NCBI RefSeq assembly: GCF_964355755.1
Contig: NC_092673.1
Span: 9,920,001 to 9,984,000 of the forward strand
Direction: 5' to 3'
Length of the DNA: 64,000 nucleotides
DNA from: Antedon mediterranea
Taxonomy: Eukaryota > Animalia > Echinodermata
Position numbers and translations under genes: made by a program
Shown: positions 25,901-37,503 of the stretch, piece by piece
Numbering within the stretch: position 1 is the first letter of the stretch
Layout of the letters: every line of letters starts with the position of its first letter
Notes under the pieces: model-generated
What the model saw: the letters and a program-made list of their open reading frames with translations, nothing else
Told to the model about the DNA's origin: nothing
Database searches by the model: none

Positions 25901-28900
25901 CATCTATATTTTACGGATTTAAATTTCTTAAAATTTGTATTACTGTAATTATTTAGATACTTATCTTCTAGAATTGTTATCTTTATACGTCAATTTGATG
26001 ACGTCATCGTGTTAATAATTGGATTTCAAAGATGGGTCTCGTAATATCGTCTATGCTACACTGTATATAACATATACAGCGTATTCTGTAAATACTGTAA
26101 TATGATGTATGCTACAAAATAGGTACAATTCAGCACTGTTAACATATTTATTTCATGTCATAGGATGGAATAATAATTGTCGAGGTTCATATGGTTAAGT
26201 TTGTGCATGTTGCGTTTGCGCGGATAACCCGAACTCGTCAAAGTGACGAGTTCAAATCTAGTTTTTTGGTTATCCGCACTTGGCGGATAACCCCTTGTTA
26301 TTGTCAGGATCTTTTTTTTTTTTCTTTTTTTTTTTCTCTTTTTTTTAGTTATCCGCACTAGGCGGATAACTCCTTGCAATTGTATGAAATCATCTTTTTT
26401 TTTTCTTTATTAGTTATCCGCTTAGTAGCGGATAACTCCTTGTAATCGTCCTGGATCTTTTTTTTTTTCTTTATATTATTCTTCTTTCTTTCTCCTCCAT
26501 TTTTGTGTCTCGCGTATCTCAAAAACTTGTAAACATAACATTTCATAACTTTGTCAACATATGGGCATTTACGTGAAGTTGTGCACCTCCTATTTTGAAT
26601 GACGTCAGAGTTGCGCAACGTGACTTACGTGCGATTTTAGGATTTTTTATGATTGATCATAGGCTAAAAACCAAGCATAATTTTATTTTGACACTTTGTG
26701 AAAATTTAAGTCATATCAAGGGCGAACTTTTTGTGGATTAAAAATGCCATGTTTTACAAGACGTTACGCGCGCACGCGCATTTCTCCTCTATTTTTGTGT
26801 CTCGCTTATATAAAAAATGTGTAAACATAACATTTCATAACTTTGTCAACATATGGGCATTCACGTGAAGTTGTGCACCTATTATTGTGAATGACGTCAG
26901 AAATGCGTAACGTGACTTACGCGTGATTTTATGAATTTCCCGTATTCAACATAGATTGAAAACCATATAACTATGTAAGTTGAAACTTAGCAAAAGTTTA
27001 ATTTATATTTTGCGCTAACTTTTTGTGCACTAAAAATGGCATTTTTTAAACGAAGTTACGCGCGCACGCGCATTTAAAATTTAAAATGCGCAAAATTAAT
27101 TTCTAATCAACTTTCTACGCTGATCCTGACATTTTGAGCTTGTCAAAAATTCCCACGCGCGCGAACACTTTTACGTGCGTGGTCCGCACGTAGCGCTAAA
27201 AACATCTTTTTTAGCGTGAATTATGTCTTTCCAGCCTTTTATAGTAATTTTATCAAATTTTAAAACAATTTAGACTTAAAATTACGTCATCCGAGCACGT
27301 CGAATTATACAATTTGTGCGTGTTTTTAAAGAAAAAATTCAAAAATTCGTCAAAATTATGGCTATTTTTAAACAGTCATAGATTCTAAACTACATGGAGA
27401 ACTTTTTTTTACTTACATATTCTGGAAGGTGATGAGTTGTAGATATCGGATCATTAATCAATATGGCTAACCGGACATTGTGACATCATCGTATGGCCAC
27501 ACGAATGTAAAATATAGGATTTTTGTCTGTTTCGTTATTGCTCATCACATTAAATGGAGCGCATCTCCACTTATTCGTTGTTCATTTTCACCCCGATTTC
27601 AATATATTCTAGGTCAATCAACTATCTTTTGCATGAATTAAAAATTTTTTAATTTTTTTAACGTCATCATGCCTAAAAATTTAAATTACGTTGGTCATTA
27701 ATTTCATCTTTACAGTAAATTTTAATATGTTATAGCTCGTAAGAATAAAATGTGATAATCACGATTAAACGTTTTCAGGAAGCTATTGTATTGTAGATAC
27801 AAAATCATGTGTAAATTGTGCCAATCGAATGTTGTGACGTCATCATATGGCCAGTTAAATAAAAAAAGTCGTATTTTCATCTTTTGCGTTATATTTCATT
27901 ACATTTAAAAGAGCGCGCATCAATATTTCACGTATTCAAATTTCTTCTACACGTTAATATGTTGTTGCTGAGATAATTTCATTCTGAAATTTCTACTTTT
28001 GCATTTCATTTTGAAACCGTCAAGATGTTAAAAATTACAATAAAATACGGGTCCCGTAATTTCACCTATTTTACACTGTTTGTGATATGTATACAGATTG
28101 TACTCAGACAGAACAGAATTCAGAATTAACAACATATCATATTCTTCAGTTCAGGTCATAATGCCTTAATATTTTTCTGTGTGCAATATTCTAACGTATG
28201 ACGTGCACGTGGCGTTTGTCGAGCGGATAACTAACTCGTCAAAGTGACGAGTTTCATGTCTAGTTTTTCTTTCTTTGTGTCAATTTTGTGTCTCACGTAT
28301 CTCTAAAACGTGCTAACGTAACATTTTATAATTTTGTCAACATGTGGGCATTTACGTGAAATTGTGCACCTCCTATTGTGAATGACGTTAGATTTGCGCA
28401 ACGTGATTTACGCGCGATTTAACGATTTTCTCGTATTTAACATAGGTCAAAAACCAAATAACATTTTAAATTGAAACTTTGCAAAAGTTTAATTTATATC
28501 ATGCGCTAACTTTGTGTTGAAAAAAAATTGCGTGTTTTACACAAAGTTACGCGCGCACGCGCATTTAAAATTTTAAAATGCGCAAAATTAATTTTTAATA
28601 AACTTTCTATGCGTTTCTTGTCATTTTGAGCATGTCAAAAATTCCCACGCGTGCGCAAATTTTTACGCGCGCGGTGCGCATGTAGCGTTAAAAACATACT
28701 TTTTTCACGTGATTTATGTTTTTTCAGCCTTTTCTAGTATTGTTACTAACTTTTAAACAATTTCGACTTAAAATTACGTCATACGAGCACGTCGAATTGG
28801 ATAATTTGTGCGCGTTTTTGATCAAAAAGTTTTAAAAATCGTCAAAATTATGCCTTTTTTTAACCAGTCGTAATTTCTAAACTGCACGGTCAACTTTTTG

Positions 28901-31862
28901 TGGATGATATATTCTGGAAGTTGATGAGTTGTAGATATCGGATCAAACATTAATGTGGCTAACCGGACATTGTGACGTCATCGTATAGCCACGCGATTAT
29001 AAAATTTAGGATTTTTGTATCTTTCGTCATAGCTAATCACATTTAATAGAGCGCATTTCCACTTATGCGTTTTCCATTTTCACCCCGATTTTGATGTTGT
29101 ATAGGTCTATCAACTATCTTTCGCATGAGTTAAAAATATTTTAATTTGTATGATGTCATCATGCCTAAAAATTTAAATTACGTGTGGCGTTAATTTCATA
29201 TTTACAGTAAATTTTAATCTGTTATAGCTCGTAAGAATAAAATGTGATAATCACGATTAAAACGTTTTCTGGAAGCTATTGGATTGTAGATACGAAATCA
29301 AGTGAAAATTTTGCCAATCGCAGATTGTGACGTCATCATATGGCCAGTTGAATAAAAAAAGTCGTATTTTTATATTTTGCGTAATATTTCATCACATTTA
29401 AAAGGGTGCGCATCTATATTTTACGTATTCAAATTTCTTCTACACGTTAATATGTTGTTCCTGAGATAATTTCATTCTGAAATTGCTATCTAAGTGTTTC
29501 ATTTTGATACCGTCGCCATGTTAAAAATAGGAATAAATGGCGGGTCCCGTAATTTCACCTATTCTACACTGTATGTAATATGTATACAGATTATACTGTT
29601 TGCATGTATATACTATATGACACAAAATTGACAGAATTCAGCACTAACAGCATATAATATTCTTCAGTTCTTGTCATAATGCCATAATCTTTATCTGTGT
29701 GCAATATTCCAACGTATGACGTGCACGTGGCGTTTGTCGTGGTGCGGATAACTAACTCGTCAAAGTGACGAGTTTCATGTCTAGTTTCTATTTTCTTCTT
29801 TCTTTCCACGAATTTTGTTGCACGCATATCTCTAATTCTGGCCAACATAAGATTGTGTAACTTTGTCATAATATTGACCTGTAGCGGTAGATGTGCAGGA
29901 CGTTTCGTTTTTTGACTTTAGAGTCGCGCAGCGTAAGTTACGTGCGATTTTATGAATTTCAATGATTGATTATAGAATAAAAACTAAAAGTAATTTTGTA
30001 TTGAAACTTGGTAAAAATTTAAGTCATATCATGCGCTAACTTTCTATGGAGAGAAAATGGCATGTTTTAAAGAAAGTTACGCGCGCACGCGCGTTTAAAA
30101 TTTCAAATTGCGAAAAATCCATTTCTAATCAACTTTCTACGCGTTTCAGGTCATTTTGAGCATTTCAAAAATTCCCACGCGTGCGCATATTTTTTACGCG
30201 CGCGTGCGCACGTAGCGCAAAAACATCTTTTTTTTGCTTGATTTTTGTTTTTTCAGTCTTTTCTAGTAAATTTACCAACTTTCAAACAATTTCGACTTAA
30301 AATCACGTCATACGAGCACGTAGAATTGAACAATTTGCGCGCATTTTTGATGAAAAAGTTAAAAAATTCGTGAAAATTATGCCTTTTTTTAAAAAGTCAT
30401 AGATTCTAAACTCCGTGGTGAAAATATTTAAAATTTCAGATTCTAAAAGTAGATGAGTTGTAAATATCAAATCATGCATCGATATGGCTAACCGGACATT
30501 GTGACGTCATCATATGGCCACTCGAATATAAAATATAGGATTTTTGTCTCTTTCGCATAGCTCATCACATTTAATAGAGCGCATCTCCACTTATCCGTAT
30601 TCCATTTCCACCTATTTTGTTATATTGTCTAGGCCAATCAATTATCTTTTGAATGATTCACCATTTTAAAAATTGTGATGACGTCATCATGTCCAAAAGC
30701 GTCAATAACTTGGGTCCCTTATTTTCACCTATTCTGCACTGTATGTAGTACGTATACAGAATATAGTGTATACCGTATATACTTTGACGTGACGCAAAAT
30801 AGAGAGCGCACTAACATTTTTTCATTGGCATAATCGTTTTTCTGCGCGCAATATTCTAACGTATGACGTGCGCGTGGCTTTTGCGCTGCGGATAACCTAA
30901 CTCGTCCGTAGTGACGAGTTCAAATCTAGTCTATGTTATTCTTCTTTCTTTCCCTGAATTTTGTTGGCAGCGTATCTCTAATTCTGGCAAACAGAAGATT
31001 GTGTAACTTTTTCATAAGATTGACCTGTAGCTGTAGATGTGCAGGACGTTTCGTTTTTTTGACTTTAGAGTCGCGCAGCGTAAGTTACGCGCGATTTTGT
31101 GAATTTTGCGTATTTAACATAAAATATAGGATTTTTGTCTCTTTCGTCATAGCTCATCACATTTAATAGAGCGCATCTCCACTTATCCTGATTCCATTTT
31201 CCCCCATTTTTTTATATTGTCTCTGCCAATCAATTATCTTTCGCATGATATACCGTTTTTAAAATTATGATGACGTCATCATGTCCAAAAGCGCCAATAA
31301 CTTGGGCCACTTATTTTCACATATTCTTCACTGTATGTAGTACGTATACAATATATAGTGTATACTGTGTATACTTAGACGTGACGTAAAATAGAGAGCG
31401 CACTAACATTTTTTCAATGGCATAATGGTTTTCTCTGCGTAATATTCTAACGTATGACGTGCATGTGGCGTTTGCTCTGCGGATAACCTAACTCGTCCGT
31501 AGTGACGAGTTCAAATCTAGTTAATTTTGCTCTTTTGGCGTTTCATAGAAACCAAAATATTGAACATTGAGTGTGCGAACTTCATTAAAGTAGGCCTACT
31601 AATTCTAAGGTGTGGTATTCAGAATAAAGCATGGTTAACATATTTCGAGTTAAAATACAAGGAAGGTGCAAAAGGGAACTAGCCTACTAGCGGGCCTAGG
31701 CCTAGGCTACTTTAATTTCGGTGATTTCCTGCCTCGCAATTTTGAGAAATGATAAAATGGTGCCTCGCATTTTTTGATGATGGTAAAACGATGCCTTGCA
31801 TACATTTTTGACTTGCCACGCTTGCCTCGCGTGCCTCACTGCCTCGCACTTTGTTACTACTG
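19937..31862. mobile_element. hAT-like non-autonomous element enclosing the Helentron nest
   Basis: Inverted ends AGTGTTGACAAAGTGCGAGGCAGCGAGGCA / TGCCTCACTGCCTCGCACTTTGTTACTACTG with repeated GCGAGGCA motifs. No 8-bp TSD is recognisable. Confidence 0.6.
21257..31521 (+). mobile_element. Nested cluster of seven non-autonomous Helentron (HINE) elements
   Basis: Seven heads RGTTATCCGC..GCGGATAAC (21259, 21329, 21400, 24675, 26268, 26347, 26412). Seven tails GCGGATAAC + CTCGTC..GACGAG hairpin + CTAG (ending 23173, 24672, 26261, 28263, 29784, 30929, 31520). Confidence 0.9.
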
Positions 31863-33673
31863 TAGTGTCTGGATTGGGAGACTAATGGGTTAAGGGAGAT
31901 TGATATAACCACATGGTTGGTAATCTGTATGTATGTCTGTTGTACACACAATGAAAGATGCAATAAATACACATACAGTACTGACTACATATCATATACC
32001 AAGCCCACACATTTTACACGGGTGTGAAAAACGCGTGACTCGCGTGTAATTAGGTACTAACAATACTGTCCATATTCACTCATGCATTACTGCATTGAGT
32101 AATTCAACTGCAGCGAACTGTATTTATAATTTGTTGATGTTTTGTACATATATATATTATCACCAAACAGTCAATAACTGGAATTATAGTACAGGATAAC
32201 AGCATTTTATATAACAAAATATAGGCCTGTTTGAAATAAAAAAATCGATTTATTTATCATAGTGCCATCATGGAGGTAAAAACCTCCATGATGCAATGAT
32301 GTCTGTGATTGAAAATACTATTACTAGGCCTAGGAGGCCTAGTTTAGTCGGGAGTTTAGTATAGTAGGCTTACTACCGGGAGTACAGTACTACTATTCTA
32401 GGCCTAGTTTGCTTTCAGGGTTTGTTTATATATATTTTTAAGTCATATTTATTAAGTATTTGAGAAAACTCATTAAAAAAAACAAGGTAGAAAAGACCCA
32501 ACAATATCTTTCAAAACACGATCGTCGCTGGTGGTACGCACCACGTTGTAGAGTTCATCCATTGAGTACACACAGTTTGCTAGGCCAAATAATAACATAA
32601 AGGTTTTACCATTCCCCGTCGGGGAGGAAAACATTTATATAGTATTACAACACCAGTATTGACATGCATGTATTTAGCGCGGTAACTAATGTACACCCCT
32701 GTTACGGACTGGACCATTAATCGCTGAACGAAACCACGTTGGAGCGATCCTCCGCGCACAGCCAGAGCGAGAGAGAAGCGAGGTCGAATAAATACAAGTT
32801 TTTACCATTTCCCGTCCAGGGGAAATCAGTTCTCTTATAATTACAGCCCTAATACCGTGCGCATATGTTTACGTTGATATTATTTAATTGCACACCTCAT
32901 TTTGGACTGTACCATTTTCGGAACCTTGTTTTGTTTTCATTATAAGCATGGGCTGATGTCAGACAAATATCTGTTTTAAACGTCAATTTAGCAACTTATT
33001 AAGTCGTTTCATAAGCAGAGAATTTATAAAGCAAGTATACAATGCAGACATGTTAGATAGAAATATACTAAAAGACATTTAATAAACGTGTTAGAAGAAT
33101 GTAATAATTTGACTTTCTACACCGAGCGGCGGAAAACCCATTCACAGTCACAGTTATTTGAGCAAATACTGTACTTGGCCTAAAAAACTAGCTCTGTATT
33201 TTAATTAATAAATAATAATACGACGTGAACTCTAAACAAAAACCCGATGAAAAACAATTTACATGAATTCTATAAACTTATTATTGTTTGCCTAACAATA
33301 GCGAAAAAATAAACTTTGTTACATACAGTAACGGGCGGGTTCAGATTACATATATGATGGTAGGCCTAAACAATAGAAACAAAACAAACTGATACCCACG
33401 TTTGTGTTGTCGCGGGCGTCGTACCGGGAGTTCCATATTTTACCAGTAAAAAGCTACAAAGTGATGACGTCATGGTCCACACGGCAAATACAGGCACGCG
33501 GCAATTACACATATTTTACACGCGCGACAAACGCGGGTTATGGTACATGATTTGTAGTCAGTACTGTAAGATATAACATTGGCGACGAGTTAAGGAGAAT
33601 ATCGAACCACAAGTGATTAGAAGTTTCAATACTGTAATTTTGGCGATATATTTGTTTTGATACTGTTTTAACG

Positions 33674-36600
33674 ATGACCGCTGTAAACGTTGAAATCACT
33701 GGAATCGCTGCGTATGATCCACACGATGTGCACGCTTTGGCTGAATGGTGGAAGAAATGGCTTCGCAGTTTTGAATTATATGCTACTGGTAAAGGAGTAG
33801 TAGACAAAAACCAAAAGAAAGCTTTGTTATTGCATTGCGCCGGATTGGCTGTACAGGACATATATGACTGTTTAACGGAGGAGAACGGAACAGATGAGTA
33901 GAAAACTGACGCAAGGTGATGACGAAACTATTCACCAATTTATAAACAGATTGAGGCAGCAGGCTGCAAAATGTGAATTTGATGATGCGAATGTTGATGA
34001 GTTAATTAGAGACCATGTTATTGAAAAATGCAAATCAAATAGACTGAGACTAAAATTTCTAGAAAAAGGAAATACTTTGAAATTAACTAATTTAAAAGCA
34101 ATAGCTAGCACATTTGAAATGAGTGAGAAGCAAGCAAAGGAGATATCACAAGAAGTTAATGGAGTGGAAACAACAACAAACATGAATGCAGTGAGGAATG
34201 AGAGATGGTCAAGATCAAGCACGACGAGCAGAAACAGGTACCAAGCTGGAAATTCAAGTGGTAGGCCTAACAGAACAAGTAAGTCAAAGTTCAATGATAG
34301 ACAAGATAACCGAAAATGCTTTCGCTGTGGAAGAGAAGGACATTTGGCTAAGGATAAATGTTGTCCTGCAAGAGACAAGAAATGTAATAAATGTAAAATT
34401 TTGGGACATTTTTCTATTTGTTGCAAAACTAAATTAGGTAAAGACAAAAAGAGTAGTGATATTAGTAATGTCCAAAATGGAAGTGAAGACGATTACTATG
34501 CTTTTGGTATACAAAATAATAATTCTAAAACTACAAAGATAAATGTTTGTATGGATGGACATAAGGTAGAAATGATTGTTGATAGTGGTGCTACAGTTAA
34601 TATCATAGATCAGTATTTATGGCAACAGTTAAAATCCAAGAAAATTAAATGCAAATCTGAGTTGACAAACAGAAAGTTATATGCATATGGATCAGAAAAA
34701 CCAGTAGAGTTGTTAGGAAAATTTACTACGAACATGTCAATTTTTCAAGGTACAGGTAATAATACTGAGCCTAAAATAACAGCAGATGTATGTGTTAAAA
34801 GGGAAAGGCCCTGCTTTGTTGCGAGGTGATACTGCAATGAAGCTTGGAGTGTTAAATATTGTAATACCACAAGTGATAAATAGTGTACAAGATAAGTATA
34901 CACAGGTATTTGAAGGTATTGGTAAATTAAAAGATTATAAGTTACATTTATTTATTGATGAACAGGTAACACCAGTTGTTCAGAGCATGTATAGAATACC
35001 GTTTAGTCTCAAAGATAAAGTGAGTGATGAATTAGATGAGTTAGAATCTCTTGACATAATTGAAAGGGTAGACGAACCAAGTGATTGGGTAAGTCCAGTC
35101 ATAGTAGTGCCAAAACCAAATGGGGATATACGCCTCTGCGTAGATATGAGGCAGGCCAACCGAGCAGTTAAAAGGGAGAGGCATCCAATCCCAACAGTTG
35201 ACGAAGTGTTGTATGAAATGAATCAAAGTACATTCAACAACGGAGAAAGAGGCATTGGCAGTGGTATGGGCTATGGAAAGGTTTCATGTTTACTTATATG
35301 GATTACAGTTTGAATTGATAACTGACCATAAACCACTCGAAGGCCTGTATGGACCAAAGTCTAAACCAAATGCACAGATTGAAAGGTGGGTGATGAGACT
35401 TATGTCCTATTCTTATACAGTAAAGTATGTACCCGGTAAGAATAACATTGCTGATATATTATCAAGGTTACCAATAGAAACTGATGGCAAACAGAATAAT
35501 GACAGTGATGACACAGAGATGTATATTCGATTGGTAGCATCAAATGCAACCCCATGTGCACTATCATCACATGAAGTTGAAGAGGCATCAAAGGAAGATC
35601 CTGAATTGAGTAAAGTGAGAAATAGTATACGGACAGATAAATGGGACAGAGACTTGATTCAGTATAAGGCCAAATAAAAAAACATACTTGTTAAGCGTCA
35701 CCGCCCGCTCCTGATTATCCAGCCGCCTCTCTTTTTATTTATTTATTTTTTTTACCGATATACAACGGAAAGTTCAGCGGCCCGGCCCAGCTCCAGAGTA
35801 GGGCTCGAAATTCACGCTAGCAAACTAGCATTTTGCTAGTAGATTCTTCATAATTGCTATTTGAAAATTTCAAAACTAGCAAATGTTTGTTAGGCTAGTG
35901 TAATTTTTGAAAAATACGTACTTTTTAGCTTAGACAACGCTAGCCGCCGATCGCTCTATGTCGACAACGGCAATTTGGTGAAAACAATTGTTTCATTTAC
36001 AGGCCGCCGATTTACGTCAAGGAAACGCGAATAGCACCGTGAATCATGTAATGTGGTAAACAGCAAGCTTTTTCCCCAACACATTAAATCATGTGCATTT
36101 AGTACGTCGCTGAGAATTACATCATCAGTCACGTGATTACAGAATACGCGATTATCAATTTAGGGATTTAACGAAATAAATATTTTGCCTACACAGTGGT
36201 CGAAGCGCATTTTTTTATAGGTTCGTAAATAGGAAACACCCCATACATAATGGACTCTACCAATTTTGTTTACGATGATCTCGCGCTCGAGATCGGCACA
36301 CCACGAGGTCCTGTTGGGCGATGGGTTTCCTTATGCCTGGTTTACCTGTGGAATAATTACATACACTTTTTGCATCACAACTTTAAATACTGATTTACAC
36401 AGCAATTGGCAAAGGATTCATCAAAGAAGAATGAATACTTTGAACAAAAATTCACTTAAGAAATGCCGTAAGCTGTTTTCAAACTATAAATCAGCCCACT
36501 ATTTAGTATTATTGAGACCAAATCATGCTTCTCGCGATAGGGAATTTCCTGGATAGATGAGTCGAGCAAGAGACGGCGGATGGCCGATGAGTGAGGTGGG

Positions 36601-37457
36601 GGTAGCAGCTTGGACGGATTAGTTAGCCTAGGGCCTACAATTTCGCTTGGTGGCAATTAAATTTAATGTTTTAATTACGTCTGGATATAAACAATACAAA
36701 ACTCAATTTTGTCATAAGCAATAATATTTCATACATAGTCAATTTTGTTCTGTTTCGCATTTTAAAAGTTTGACGTTTCGTATTGAAAATTTATGAGGGT
36801 GTGACGCTTAACAAGTATATTTTTTTATTTGGCCTAATGCAATACAACAAGAACTTGCATGTTTTGGATATTTAATTCTTAGAAACAGAAGGATTGTAAT
36901 TCCAGAAAAATATAGATTACATTGCATTGAATTAGCACACTAAGGACACTTGGGGATAGTCAAAACCAAGCAAAGGCTTAGAACCAAGGTATGGTGGCCT
37001 GGGATGGAGAAGAATGTGGAAGACTATGTTAAAACATGTCATGAGTGTCAGATAACAAGTTCGATGCCAGCACCAGAACCATTGAAGCCAACACAACTAC
37101 CAACAGGACCATGGCAAGATATTTCGATCATGACTTGCTGGGACCGTTTCCACCGAAGGATAATGTACTAGTGGTGGTAGACTATTATAGTCGTTATTAT
37201 GAAATTAGTTTAATGAAGACAATCACAAGTGAAAAAATTATAGACACACTTGAAAATATGTTTGTTCAACATGGCATACCAAAATCAATTACCCCAGATA
37301 ATGGTGCCCAGTTTGTGTCCAATGAGTTTGAAACCTACCTGAAGGAAAATGGAATCAGACATAGACGTGTAACACCATTACATCCAGCTGCAAACGGAGA
37401 GGTTGAACGACAAAATAGATCACTAATGAAAAGAATTCGCATTACGCAAGCTGAAGG
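33674..37457 (+). pseudogene. Mag-type gag-pol pseudogene
   Basis: Broken ORFs 33674-33901, 33894-34829, 34786-35313, 35255-35677 and 36838-37473 carry gag, PR, RT, RH (TDHKPL) and IN (DNGAQF, NGEVERQN). Confidence 0.88.
35668..36834. mobile_element. Non-autonomous DNA transposon with TAA TSD (Zator-like) inserted in pol
   Basis: TIR GGCCAAATAAAAAAA.ATACTTGTTAAGCGTCAC at both ends with TAA duplication. Removing it restores ..IQY|NAIQQELAC. Confidence 0.85.
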
Positions 37458-37503
37458 AAGTATAGAACTGTAGTTTCTATGGTGCAGGTTTGTTAGTTAG
37501 TAT

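Larger units (their letters stand above)
33540..37457 (+). mobile_element. Mag-clade Gypsy retrotransposon; internally deleted, 3'-truncated
   Basis: LTR end ..ATATAACA then PBS TGGCGACGAG (33580). Double knuckle CFRCGREGH..C/CNKCKILGHFSICC, IVDSGA protease, RT start then jump to RNase H, and integrase. Confidence 0.9.

Noticed and set aside
26158-26618. Lys-rich minus-strand ORFs
   Set aside because: Antisense translation of the HINE poly-T tracts.
21257-31521. CRISPR-like array or simple satellite
   Set aside because: Eukaryotic context, intervening sequences are homologous rather than unique spacers, and head/tail order shows nesting rather than tandem repetition.
31861-33578. Complete 5' LTR of the Mag element starting TGTAGTGTCT with a 1.5-kb insertion
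   Set aside because: The terminal match is only 7/10, overlaps the hAT-like TIR, and there is no 3' LTR to confirm it.
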